Assembly: GCF_009834535.1 (NCBI RefSeq) | Contig: NC_045696.1 | Span: 20,772,001-20,836,000 of the forward strand | Source: Camelus ferus | Lineage: Eukaryota | Length of the DNA stretch: 64,000 bases | Reading direction: 5' to 3' | Shown here: positions 13,335-26,629 of the stretch, one piece after another | How the letters are laid out: each line of letters starts with the position of its first letter | Position numbering within the stretch: position 1 is the stretch's first letter | The notes under the pieces: model-generated | What the model was told of the DNA's origin: nothing | The model's input: the letters and a program-made list of their open reading frames with translations, nothing else | Database searches by the model: none | Program-made: the position numbers and the translations under genes

Positions 13335-14240
13335 TTCATTTATATGCTTATTTATTTAGTCAGTTACTTCACATGCAGTATTGCTGTCCTGTCTACTAAG
13401 AACATAGATAAAGAATTGAACAAAACAGACAAATTTCCCAACATTTAATATAAGTTGTATTTGTTTAGAAGAGAGAAAAAGAAGAGAGCGTAAACAAATT
13501 AAGTAATGTTTATAGAATATGAGAGGGTGAAAGTGCTGTAAAATGAAGCTAGGGAGGGAGAGAAAGAATGAGGAAAAAAACAGAATGTAATTTTAAACAT
13601 AGTGTTTAGGTGTCTCCCACAGAGAAGTTAACATTTGAAAAAACAACTTGAAGTTAATGAGTGAACAAGCCAGGTGAATACCAGGGGAGAGAGCATTTAA
13701 GGCAGAGAACCAAGGAAGTGACAAATCCTGCCTGTGCAGGCTTGGTTTGATTTAAAAGATCAGTGAGACCTTTGTGACAAGATCAAAGGGAACCAGTGGA
13801 AGGTGACACCAGATCTGAATGGGAAGCGAGGTCCTGTCATTCCTGTTACCCATTTTAATAGCCATTCATTCGTCTCTATGAGTGAGAGAGGAAGTCCATT
13901 GATGGTTTTTGAGCAGAAGAGAAATATACTATGACTGACTTTTATTAGGATCCCTGTGGAGGCTATTGCTGGTAGCCATATGGAATGGAAATTTAACCCA
14001 AGGCAGAGTAATGGATCTGTTGATAAGTCATCAAATTCTGGATATATTATAAAAGTGTAACAAAAAAAAAAAATTCAGACAGAACAGATACAACCTATGA
14101 AAAAAAGATAAGTGTCAGATGCTCCTAAGGGAACTTTACATGATCAACCAGGATGTATTAGCCATCAGCTGATACAGGAGTATGAAACATACTGAAGTTG
14201 GTGAAGGAAGACCAGTAATTCACTGTAAAACATTAAAGTG
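13335..14240 (-). mobile_element. L2 LINE fragment
   Basis: 'gaacaaaacagacaaatttccc', 'gagtgaacaagccaggtgaatatccaggggagagagcatttaaggcagag', 'ccattgatggtttttgagcagaaga' and 'aattctggatatattat' are typical antisense L2a/b motifs. Confidence 0.75.
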
Positions 14241-14409
14241 AATTTAAAGTTCAATACATAAATCTAATATCTAAGATTCTGTGCTAATTTGGGGTCTTTT
14301 GTTCAGTGTAACTCCAGGGAACCCCTTCTTTTTTCACTGCATATATTCAGGGTATCTTATTTTCTTTTTATTTTTTGTTGTTTCATTTTTATACATCCAA
14401 TTTTGGGGG

Positions 14410-15230
14410 CACATAAAAGGGTAAGACATCAGCTACATGAAGCCCAAGGAAGAGCATATTTCAAGAATAGCAGCCAACTGTGGCAAATATTCTAGGGCAG
14501 GAATAATCTGGATCATTTCAAAAAGCTAGTCAATTGGAAAACAGTGAAAATGTGGGACAGTAGTTAATTAAAGGATATGTAGTCCGGGCCCACCATGTTT
14601 TGTAATCAATTTAAAGAGTTGGAACTTTATTCTTACTGCCTTGGGAAATGACTGAAACAATTTAAGCAGGGACATTACATAAATAATGTTGTTTGGAAAA
14701 GTTTATGATAGCTGACTATGTGGAAAATGGATTGGAAAAGCCAGGATTAGAAGCAAAGAGGCCATTAAGTGTGTGTTAGAATAGTTTAGGGGACAGACGT
14801 TGGCGATGTGGGTGATTGCAACTGAGGTGGAATATGCAGGGGATTTAACACGCATTTTAAAGATGGAAATTGAAGAGCTTGATGATGGATGAGGTAGAAG
14901 TTTAGGTAAAGGGAAGGGCCAGAAATATGCCCTTGGTTTTTACATTGTAGATGTGATACTATAAGCAGAATCGGGAGATACTAAGGAGGCACAGATAGCG
15001 TGGGAGGGAGGGCAGGAATCAGTAATTCTATTTTGTGTCCATGTTAACATTAAGATGTTTTAGATTTTCAAAGGGAGATGTCAAAGGAATTCACAAATGC
15101 AATTCTGGAGATCCGTGTAGATGATGGAGCTGAAAAATAGATTTGGGAGTCAACAGCGTGTATAGTATTTACAGGAAGGAAAATTGATAAAAGAAGATGT
15201 GAAGTTAGAAAAGAAAAGACAGACATGGGC
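14410..15230 (-). mobile_element. L2 LINE fragment
   Basis: 'aaagagttggaactttattc', 'tatgtggaaaatggattgg', 'aaaatagatttgggagtcaacagc'. Confidence 0.7.
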
Positions 15231-17479
15231 CAAGTTATTTTTTTTAATCACATATGCTTACGTATTCAGTTTAATTGGAAGTGGAACTACTTCAAAATAT
15301 TCTAGTAACTGTATCAAACATACAGCATCTTTACTCCTTTATGTACCTTAAGGAGTTCTTCATACATTTACTTGTATCAAGAATCATAATACAGTTAATA
15401 TTCAAAGAGGTCCTACCACATTCTCAACTTTTATTTCCTCGGTCTTTCAAGCTACATTTTCTTTTACAGGCTGTCTCTAATATTGAGTGACCTTTTTCTG
15501 TAACAAACTGGTCTGAAATACCAACATGATATAATGTCAAAGATCTTACACCATCTGTCTTTGTACGTACTTTGTATTAATCATTCACCCAGAAGATTTT
15601 CATATATTCTTTAAAAGGCCATAGACCTTCAGAGCCACTAATACTGTTCTCAGCATCATTGTAGTGTAATAATTCACAGACTATGTGTACATAAAAATAC
15701 AGTCTTGAAAACCTCAAAGAAAACTAGCCTGTGCAATTGAATCAAGGTTGAACATGTTTAACTTAGAATGCGTTTATCACTAAAGACATTAGGAATTAGA
15801 ATAATTTTAGTCAGAAATGTGAGGGAAATCTATTTAAAAATTCAGTTAATACAGAATATATACGAAATAAAATTTTGGTGATCAACTTGAAAACAAAAGA
15901 TTTTGAGTAAGGACATAAAGAAGTTTCAGTTGTTTCTTATTAAATTCCTTTGATGCAATCGAATTGTTAAGTAGAATTGGCTATTTCCTTTCCTACAGAA
16001 CCAAGGCTAATTGTCTTAATGTCAGTTAAACACATTATCAGACTTCATTCTATTACTAAACATATTTGCTCTGTTTTAGACAACAACTGTTTATTATGCT
16101 TTTATTTTTTTCTCTACAAGGAGATTTTGGTATAAAAATGTCTCACATTTATAATTACAGTCTTAGCAATGGAACATTTAACTGTTTTCCATATATAACA
16201 TTTCTAATAATTCATATACACAAAAATCTGAAGCCAAGAACTGATACTGTTTTTAAAATATATTACAAAATGTACAGCCAAAAATTCAACATAACTGTAT
16301 TAAAATGTCACATTTAAAATCTGGTTTTCTAAAACTAAATTTCAGGAAGAAGAAAAAAATCACTTTTTGTAAATCTCTGTTGCATCAAAATATTGCATCT
16401 GAAACACTGTGAATCCTTTAAAATCCCTGTATTTTCTTAACTATAAGTACACAAAGAAGGTGTATCTGGTCCTCCCTTGCTCTGCTGTAGGTTGTATTGT
16501 TTCTTTCCAACCTTGTTACTACTGAGAAACTATTTTCCCAAAAGATATTTTGAATCAATACTATTATATATATATATAAAAAAAAACTTCTCTCCTGGGA
16601 GCTGGGTAAATATTTAAGAAAATAATATTCTTAAAGTTGAAAAAGGTTAACATTTGACAAGAGTTAATCTGATATATACACATGATGCCTGTTAATTTCT
16701 GGGATGCCGTCACAGTCTTACTTTAACAAACCTAGCAAACACTTTCTTATAAAATGAACTCACTTCCAGAGAGTTGAAGTTACAACTTTAAATTGAATTT
16801 AATAGTAGCCACTGTATATTTTAAAAGCTGCAAATCAGTCTCAACCTATGTTATTTAAAGATGTTTCTATCAACCTTTGATGTTATTTTCATAAAAGAAA
16901 TGGTATATATTGTTTTTAGCCATATCATAAGTAATATTTTATAGAAATATGTTTTAAACAGTCTTGTTATTTCATTTTATGATTGCACAATAACTTATAA
17001 ATATTACTGTTTTCCATCAAGAAAGTAGAGCATAGTTCGCCTCATCTAGTATGATACTTTTGCAAAAGTGTTTGAGAGAAAATTGAAAGTATGTGGGGTC
17101 TAATTGAATTTGCAGCTTCTGAAAATATCAATAAATAGAATGTGCTTGATGGCAGGATTGAGGCTTGAATTCTGACATACTTATTGAACAAACTATTACA
17201 TAATTTTGCTTTTACTTGTTAGTGTAATTCAGAAGCAGCTCACCCAACTGATAATGAAGACCCATTAAATTGTGGGACTCCTTGCATTTTTCTGGGCTTG
17301 GATATTCTGGCATGTTGTTTATATAGGGTATTTTGGGGAATCATATGTCCAGAGGAAATGAACATTCCACTGGAAAAAGTAGCGTATAGCATAAGTGATG
17401 ATATTACAAGATTCATGTAATTCTTTGACTTCTTTCTTCATAATTTACTGAAAATGAAGAGGCATGAGGATATAGACTT

Positions 17480-18620
17480 AAGATGAAATATAGTTGACTG
17501 ATGCACTTATGTATATCCATTCCCTCCTAAATCCTCACTTAAAATAGATTAGAAAGTAAATATTGTATATACACGAAAAGATGTAAATAATTAGATAGGA
17601 AACCTGGTCAAATGTGAGGAAAACTGAAGGAAGACAGAAATGTGCTGATTGACTTGTCATAGTGGCACAGGTAAGAAACAGTCAGATAAGAGAGCAGTAC
17701 AAATATATTTTAAGAAATGCAAGGTGTTAATATATTATATTGTAGTTCTCCTGTCTTAAAACGTATACTCCATAATAAAAATAGAACATAAAACAGCAAG
17801 AGAAAATCAGAGTCCAGGAATATAAGTGAAGAACTTAACGGAAGACTGAGAAACAAGCAACTCCCAAAGTAACCATGAGGGGACATCACAGAAGGACAGC
17901 TGTGGACCACAGCGACAGGCTGGAGCTGGCAGTCAGTGTAGAGGAAGAGGATGGTGGATCATGGGAGATTATCTTCAGTGAACCCGAGGGCAATTTTTAT
18001 AGTTTTCTTTCATTCTTTCCTGTCAATGTTTGATACTGAATTAGCAGCAGTACAAAAAAAAAAAAAACAAACAAAAAAAAACCACTATGCAAGCAAATAA
18101 ATTGATTATTAAAGCTAGATCAATGGAAGAGCAGCATAAATGTGTATTAGAATGTGCGTCAACTGTGAGCAGCATTTATGTGGTCATAACAGCAATTCAG
18201 CCAAACAGTTATAATGCAATTTCATTTATCAAATGGGTAGAACAGATTGTGTATGTGTGAGTGTGTGTGCTTGGGTGTCTGCACATTACAGCGTGAGGGC
18301 ATTGTGTGTGTGTATGTAAAAGTTGAAGGTGGTAGTGTAATTCACATCCCTAAGCATCAGCTTTGGAAGATCAATAATGACTAAAATTATTTTTTAAAAG
18401 GAAAAACAGGAAGAATAGCAGAAGCATGTTCTTTTAAAATGTTTGCCTGATGCCAATAAGTATATTATTTAAAAATATTGTGCTAAATACCAGAAGAAAG
18501 AGCTAAAAAGAATTGAAAATTTTGCCTTTGGGAGGTAAGAATTAAGAGGGCAGGAGAGTGTGCTGAAGAGAAGGGCTGTTTTCCTTGGTTTGGGTTTTTG
18601 TATGCTTGGAGAAGCCACTT
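17480..18620 (+). mobile_element. HAL1-like remnant
   Basis: 17840-17970 resembles the 7440-7570 segment of the other HAL1-like copy. 'aaataccagaagaaagagctaaaaagaattgaaa...gcctttggg' resembles the HAL1 3' region. Confidence 0.45.
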
Positions 18621-18699
18621 CGTTTACACAATTTCATGAACTTGTAATTTGCATAAGTTGGAGCTCTTGCCAGCTTGTTTTATACCGACTAACCACAGC

Positions 18700-19166
18700 A
18701 ACATTCTCTGTGTGGGCTCAAACAAGCTGCAGCAGAAGCAACAGGCACAGCCATGTGTCACTTCATCTCAGTCCACTCAGTGTCCCTCATCTCCCCCTCA
18801 GTTTTTCCCTGTGACCTGGAGACGTGCAAACCCATGGGACATTCATATCACCTTCATATGCCCCTCACTGAAGAATCATAAAGCACCTTTTTCACCAATG
18901 AGAGGTAGAAGTCAGCAGATAAATTGTCCTTCCTCTCCAGGGATGGATTGCTGAAAGGCAAAGTAACATACTGCTTCTCAGAGAAATGGTTTTACTTGAT
19001 ACAAAGTTCCTGGTAAGCACCCTGTTAACACATGGTTTTATCTTCTCTCTGGCATTCCTTGTCTCACAGTTTCCCCACCTCTGTTTCTTTTGGACTGTGC
19101 TTCCTAGTAGAGTAGACTATGAGCATTTGCCTCAAGGTCTGCTTTCTGAGACGCCCACAGTAAACA
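18700..19166 (+). mobile_element. LTR16-like (ERVL class) 5' LTR; start approximate
   Basis: Ends 'gcctcaaggtctgctttctgagacgcccacagtaaaca' like LTR16/LTR33 3' termini. It is immediately followed by a degenerate primer-binding site 'gctgttaccagaa' (cf. ERVL 'tggtaccag'). Confidence 0.7.
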
Positions 19167-22100
19167 GCTGTTACCAGAAACGAACTGGTGGTAAAACGTG
19201 GCATGTATTCACACTGCCAGTGCTAAGGATTTCACTTTTAATTAATTGGGATGAGGCACAGAAGTGGATGGAGAGGTGTTGGCTGTATGGTAACTGTGGC
19301 ACTTGAAAGGTATGAGGGCAATGATAATGATCATGACTGAAGAGTGGGCCGGCTTCTGTTAATGACAGAAAGCCCACAAGAAGGAAAATTATGGGCTCAG
19401 GGCAGCCACCTGGAAATTGAAGGTGTGCTGTAAAACTGCAAAAGCAGAGAGCTTCTGTGGCAGCTTTGAGTAGACTCTCATCTCTTAACAGACTAAGGGC
19501 AGATTTTATTGAAAATGAAACCACAGATCTAATTGTAATGGTAGCAAAGCTGACAATTAAAATTAATAGCCAGCCTTGACAGTGTCCCTACCTTTTAGCA
19601 AGGCTCTGGTAAGTCAATATTGTGCACTTGTGACCTGGCAAGAGTGAGGAAATTGAACCTGAAAAAACTGAATCCTTGTTTTCTCCTGAACCCTCTGGGC
19701 TAAAATAAACAGCACACCCTTTGCAGTCTTACACGTGAAAAACATCCTCATGCCTAAATATGGACGATGACCTCATGGGAGGAAATTTCCCCATAAGATG
19801 ATGTTTTTCCTTCCACTGTGTCTGTCTGTATCAGCCCTCATTGCTTTCAGGCCATTAATCAGAATCTCTTCTCAGAAGCGCATCGGAAGGGCAGTGCGGT
19901 TCCTCCAGCAAAATGAAATAGTTTATGTGCTAAATAGAATATAGAATCTGATAAATGAGTCCTGTGGAAACTGGGGGAAAACTTTCTGAGCAGACTGGAA
20001 GAGAATAGGAGTAAGACTAGTGGGGCATTAGCTTGGATTGGAGAGAATTTATTTATGTGACCATCGTGTGGCTCAGGATTTTATGCACTGAAGGGAAAGT
20101 TGGACCTAGTCCTCATAGTTCTCTGAAATGTCTCCTTGAAAGTTAACCATGATATGGCCTAGAATAAGTAAGGTGAAAATGACAGAACAACTTGTTGGAG
20201 TATTGAGTAAGGGGGTAATAAGGTTCAGAATACATTTAGTGTTGTACTGTCTAAGAATTCTGTCTTCTGGATGAGCCCAGAAGATATTCTCTTCACTGAG
20301 GAAATGAGGCATGCCCTGGTGAGGGGACCTGGTATCTTTGAGAGACTCCATGGTGGCTGTCCTCTATAGGCAAAAGTTGGTAGTGGGCACTGTTGCCATG
20401 AAACTTGAGTCCATAGTGTTACTAATATTGGAGGCTTCAGAATGGCAGCATTTATCTGTGAAAAAGCAAGGTGGAAATGACTGCTATAGAAGACAGGCCA
20501 GAGTGAAACAAGGTGTTTGACTCTCAGTGACCTGATACATCAGACTAGTATATTATCATGCTCTTACTGGGCATGCTAAGTATACAGTTAACTATAGCGT
20601 TCTTGAGTTGTCTAAAGTTAAGAAAAATGAACAAATTAATAAAAAATAAAGTAAACAAAAATCAAATAAGAGCTGGTGAGCAAAAGGCTAAAGTCTACCA
20701 TATCATGAAGAATCATCTTTCACCCAGGGTCCTAATGTAAATCAGTCACAATCTCTTGATCAAACAGTATTGAGTCTTCTTGAACAAATATACTTAAATG
20801 ACCGTGCATGTATATATAACATACATTCCACAGATGGTACCCAAAAAGATCAGTAATCAATTGTGAGCTCTTAGATTTTCAATCTTAGTTGGCACTGCTA
20901 TAAGAGCACCGCAAATGTTATACAAGTCAGATAATTAAGTGAACTTACTAAACTCCACAGAGAATACTATTATAAGGCTTTATTAAAGATAAATAATATA
21001 GGAGGAGAAAGTGAGTGCAGACAAGTTTTGACACTTCGAAGACTCTCAGGCATAGCCCCCAACGTTCTTTTTTACAAAGTTTTTTTTTTTAATCTCAAGA
21101 TTTTGAATGACTAAGACTTGTGTGAGGAATTTTGGTTTGAAAAGAACTCTCCAAGAGTTTCTAACAGTGTTTTTGTTCTTCTTGTCACACAACCACCAAT
21201 AAAAAAGCCAGCCTTAGGAGCTACTGTGGGATTTTAGACTTTAAACAGCATATTATAAATTATTATTTTTCCCATTTGACTAGTCACTTTGACTAAAGTT
21301 AAGTATCATAATTCCAAGATTCTGCAAAGATAATCAGAGGCAGTCCCAGTCTAGCTGTAAAATAACTTCTTATACTGAGACCTAAGACACTATCAGATTT
21401 TCCAATTAGTGTGTTGCTAATAGAGTTTTGGTTTAGGCCTGTATCACATTGAGCTCATCTTGGAGGATATACTTAGAATCTGATAGAATTTTCATGTCTA
21501 TTATCTCACGTGTGGAATAAAAGGACATTATTGTAGGAAATAACCTATTTCTGAGCAAAGTAGCAAGTCAAAAGCAGTATCAAGTATCAGATGGAATTCA
21601 GATTTGAGTTCCACCATCAAAATCTTGAAGAATGAAGGAGTAGTGGTTCTCATCTATCTCCATTCATTTTATTTCTCTGGCCTCCATGAAAACTAGGTGA
21701 TTATGGCATATAAATAAGACGATGGAAGTGAGTAAAGTGTATGGTAAGGGATGCAAACCACCCTGTCACCTGCCTCATGTCTACAAACTCATGAGGGTTT
21801 CCCTACAACTAACTGATAGAGAAGGAATGAATGCAGGTCTGGCTCACAAGTAATTTAGGGATTTGTGTTGGTGATAGCCCGTGGAAAAGAAGAAAAATCA
21901 CACTATATATCTTTTTAGAAATGGCTCCTAGTGAGTAGAATTGTGAGCATTATACTTGTCCGTGTAATTCATGTGGATTTCTATGAAAGGAGAATAGGCC
22001 TAAATGTGGATATATATGGTTGCCTGATGAACAACTGAATGTTTCATCAGGAGTTTAGGAAGAATAAGACTTGATGGGAGATGAGAAAATGGAGTTCACA

Positions 22101-23590
22101 GAAGGAGGTGTAGAAGCACAAAATGTACAGATATTTGAGTCTTACTACAGCTGCCCCCAGAGAAGAATGTCAGTCATCTCTCAGCTGCTCCAGGGTCAGT
22201 ATACTAACCTTATTAACAGAAGAGTAGTGACAAGGGTAGCAACTATGAAATGACCCAATTTTATAGGCTTTCTCTTGTCAAAGCTATTCTTGCCACTGCC
22301 ACTGATAAGTGTCAGTGTCACCACTGCAGATACCAACAGTGAGCACTTTATAGGGAACCATTTAGCCATTTGGTAGTAGATCACTTATAACAGATCTTCC
22401 AGCCTGGAGAAGGCAACAATGCATCCTTACTATATTGGATAACCATTCTAGATAATTACGTGATTTTCTAGATAAGTATTTATCTTCCTCATATTCAATG
22501 CTTCCTTCATCCCCACTCTCGGAGGGCTCAAGGACAATTTATTTATGCAATGTCTTGCAAACAACACCACTTCAGAGAAGGAGATCCATTTTATGGCAAA
22601 AGAGTAATGGCATAATGATATATAATTTTATTTATATATATATTTTTTTTTTTTTAATTAGATCAGTATAATGGCAGTTAAAGGCTCTTCTAAAGAGTCA
22701 ATATGAACAAAAATCCCCACTGGATTGAGTCACTGTTTCCAGCATGTCCTCGGTGCACGGCTCCTAGAGAAGATATATGGCAGGGTGCCTCAACAGCAGT
22801 AGATCGAGAACCAAGGAGTGGTAGTAGGATCGGCCCCTATCTGCAACACTTCCAGTATGTACTTCACATCTTTGCAATCTTAGGTACTACTAGTTTAAGG
22901 TTTTTGCTCCTAGGAAAAGAACACTTCCCTCAAGAAAAACATTGAGTTACACTGAGCTAGAGTCAGAATCCACCTTCTTGCCATGTTGACATCTTCACAC
23001 CAATGAATCAAGAAGAAGAGACAGGATTTACAGAACTGATTGGGTAATCAACCCTGTTTACCCAGGTGGGCCATAGTATCCTGTACACAGTGGGGAAAGG
23101 GAGAAATATGCCTGGACCGGGGAGATTTTCTAGGGCATTTCTTGGCATGTCCATACCCAAAAAGAATTGAAATTGGTAAATTGAAAATGGTAGATTGCAG
23201 CAACCACCTGATAACAAGGGCCAAGTAACTGTGAGCCCAAATCTCTCAGGTTTGAAAGCCTGTAGACCCATTACTATTCAATCAACCAGACCAGTAAACT
23301 CTGGGTCAAAGTGAAAGATATATTGAATGGCTTGTGGAAGAAAAAGATTAATCACACCTTGGGAACAGCTATACAAATGGAGATTGGAGATTGTTTTACT
23401 AAATTCCTCTCACTTTGTCTTTTCAGACATTGTGGCTGGTCACCTGATCACCAAATTGAAGAAAGTTCTGTGATTGTTTGGATTTGTATGTCTACTCTTT
23501 CAGGTAAGAAGTGACAGCATATTATTCTTATAAAATTTGGAGGCTCCATAGTGTTAGATGGGAGCTGGATAAGGACACAAATGGATCTGA
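19167..23590 (+). mobile_element. Decayed ERVL internal region (gag-pro-partial pol-integrase-dUTPase), ERV3-16A3/ERVL-E-like
   Basis: Hand translation: ~19511 ENETTDLIVMVAKLTIKINSQP (gag); ~20865 ELLDFQS*LALL (protease GLLDTGSELTL); ~21558 KVASQKQYQVSDG then SSTIKILKNEGVV (RT N-terminus); ~21796 GFPYN*LIEKE*MQVWLT (RNase H start); ~22290-22460 integrase; ~22900-23100 dUTPase-like. Many stops and frameshifts. Confidence 0.85.
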
Positions 23591-25541
23591 ATGAGTTAAC
23601 ATGACTGTTTAAAATAGTTTTTAAATATCGCCTCAGATCTTCTTGAATATGTTTTCTGGCTGTTGGGATTTGTTTCATCCTAGATTCAACTGGGGCAACT
23701 GACCACAAATAGGTTCTGCTCATGATAAATCAATTTTGTGGATTAAGAACATTAAAAAGGCCAAATTATTCCATGTCTATCTATTGTTGTGTTGATCAAC
23801 AATCATTACATTGAATATATTAAGTTATTTGGGATGTTTTCATCATGTTAATGTCTAGTTCTTTTAATTATTAGAGGGTGTGTTTATTTGCTTAGTAGAA
23901 ATTCACAAAAAATTTTTTTCTGAAATTCCTTTTTTAAAATTCCTATTCTTAAATTACCTAATATAATAACTGTATTTACTATATGATAGATGTTTTTGAC
24001 ATGAATTACTGTTCATGCCTGATTACCAGGGATTAAGGACAGATTCAGGGTGATGACCCCAAGCAGAAATAAGAGTGTCCATTGCCTGTTGATGTTTCTC
24101 AGGAATCTTAAGCATGGTAATATGCAAAAGTATGTAGATACAGTGGAAGAGAGAAAGTGAAAAGCTGACACCGAGGGTAAATAACTAATAAGCAGTACCT
24201 TAACAATAACTAGTTGAACCAGATTATGTGATTTTTCTCTTATCTTTCTCCAGCTAGGTATTTGCCCCGTTTTTCATAAAGTCACAATTTTAGGAGGAAG
24301 TGTATAAAAAAATGAGAGGGAATATAAGTATCAGTTGTCATTTTTAATATTTGCCCTTTATTTGATAAAAGGTTAATGGTGAAAAATATATACAATCTGT
24401 TAATAGGAATATGTAAGATTATTTGAGTTATCTTTTCTTTCACCTATACTATGGTGGCATTAACTAGATAAAAGTAAATGAATCATACAAAAGACATTCA
24501 TTAACCAAGGCATATCTGCTCTCCTGGTATACAAAACAGACAATTTCAACTTATGCATTCAGTCTCGCTACATATCTATGTATTTGTGTCCACACACAAA
24601 TGCACACACACACAAAAAAGAGAGCAAAGAATGACAGAGAGGGAGTTTTCTCCTGATTAAAAATAATAAAATACTATAAGGATTTATGTAAAAAAACATA
24701 AGAATTGGAAGAGAAGTTGGTCAGAAACACACACATATATTCTCTAAAATGTGACTTATTTGCAGTGACGTATATGAAGAATGAATTTTATGTATTCTAA
24801 AAAAATTACCCCAAGGGGATCATAAATGCAGATTTAGATACATGTTAAATTGTTGAGCATTAATTTAAATACACGTTAAAACACAATTATTAACCCAAGA
24901 ATTTTTTATCTTTTATAATGTTAAGAATGTTTTCCCCTGTTTATGCATAACAAGTCTTATTTAAATAGAAATAATTTTTGGAAGACTATTTAAGTATTTG
25001 TATGTAAACCCAAGTGTTCATTTTATAATTCTGTTTAAACCATGCTTTAAATTGAATACAAATATTCTTGAAATATTTTCATATGAAAACTAGTGCCCTT
25101 CCAGTAAAACGTAAAGGAATTATTTTAATGTTTATAATCTCCATGAATAGCTCATTTCAGTTGCAGTGAATATACCAGCAGTGACTGTGTATAAGCCACT
25201 TTGGGGAAAGGCATCTTACCGTCATAGTCTGTTTTGTATTAATAAAGGACTTTTTTGACAAGAACCCCAAATGGCTTTGCAAATATTATTTCATTAATCC
25301 CCCCAACACTCTTGTGGCAGGTATGTGGCAAAAAATGATTATTCTGCTTTGTTATTCAAATGAGCTAAAGGTGGCCTCTGTGTGTTGTTCCCTAGGTTGT
25401 TTGTTTATTCACTGCAAGCTGACACCCATTAGTTTGAAAGCCTACCAGTGCCAAACTCAAAATTTACACATCCAATTATTTCATAATTAGTTCCCCCAAA
25501 GAAGATTTTTAGTCATTTAGAGCCTGCCTACTTCACATAGG

Positions 25542-25905
25542 TGTGAAACTTCACCTTGCATGTGCTGTCCATTGATAAGGCAGGGCCTTGTAGTTCTAAG
25601 ACTTCAGACTTCTGTGACCCTTTGTAGTTCCCTGACACAGAGACGCTTAGCCATGCTGCAGAGCAACATCACCTAGACATGTAAGAACCCTCTCTGATCC
25701 CCTCTTTCCTGAGAGTTCCCTGACTCTCCTTTCCTTCTGGTTGGTGCCCCCACCCTTTAAGTTTCTGGATGGTCTCATGCTCTCAGGGATTTCCCCTCTC
25801 ATGCAATACTGTCTAAGCTGCCCAATAAAGCTTATTGTGAGTTATCACCTCTTATAATCATACCTTTTTTCTTGATCATCCCCCAAGTCCCTTGTATGTT
25901 GTACA
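25542..25905 (+). mobile_element. Solo LTR, ERVL class (MER74/MER54-like)
   Basis: TG...CA termini. PolyA signal 'cccaataaagcttattgtg' followed by 'tttttcttgatcatcccccaagtcccttg', as in MER74-group 3' ends. Confidence 0.6.
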
Positions 25906-26629
25906 CACTTAGAGGGAAATCAGGGTTAGATAACTGGTGGTTGTGTAGTAAGCTGATAGCAAACTCATTACATGGGAAACTCAGCTGTGAAATTCCCAGC
26001 TCAGTGCTTTTTACAGGCATATCTCTCCTTTTAGGTTGTTGTTTTCCATAATCTGCTTTATGCAGATACATATGATCCTTAGAGTGCGCTTGTCTTATCA
26101 TGTCCTTTCACTGTTTCTACAGAAGTTTAGTGGGTGGATACAGGATATAATAAAACATAAAAGACTATGTTCAATACAGGGGTTTAGTTAATTTTTATAG
26201 GGGGGTATTTTTTAGAAGAAATAAAGTTAAGGTATGACCTTGAATGTCATATCAAAGTAACCAAATGCCTATGGTTATACACACAAATATTCTTTATTTT
26301 CTCATATAATTAGCACTATATCTATGAAGAACAATTGTTAACATGGGGGGAATCAATAGCGATTGTGTATATTTTATATTTTTTCTATTTATATTGCAGT
26401 TTTATGCTTAAGAAGGTGTCTGAAAAATAAAACCTAATTTAAGGGAAGTGGTTTTGCTTTGAGGATGAAAGAAAAAATTTAGAATAAAGGAGACAGAGAA
26501 GACAGGGCATGCTATAAACATTCTGGAGTCTGTGGGTCATATTGTAGCAGCATAGGTGGGATAGAATATATATATAATTGAAATGTTATCAATTATATCA
26601 AATATAAACTCTTGGCTCACTGAGTCTAC

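Noticed and set aside
17056..17069. Perfect 14-bp palindrome acttttgcaaaagt, and short AT-rich hairpins (e.g. 50327-50348)
   Set aside because: Several such palindromes are expected by chance in 64 kb of AT-rich DNA.
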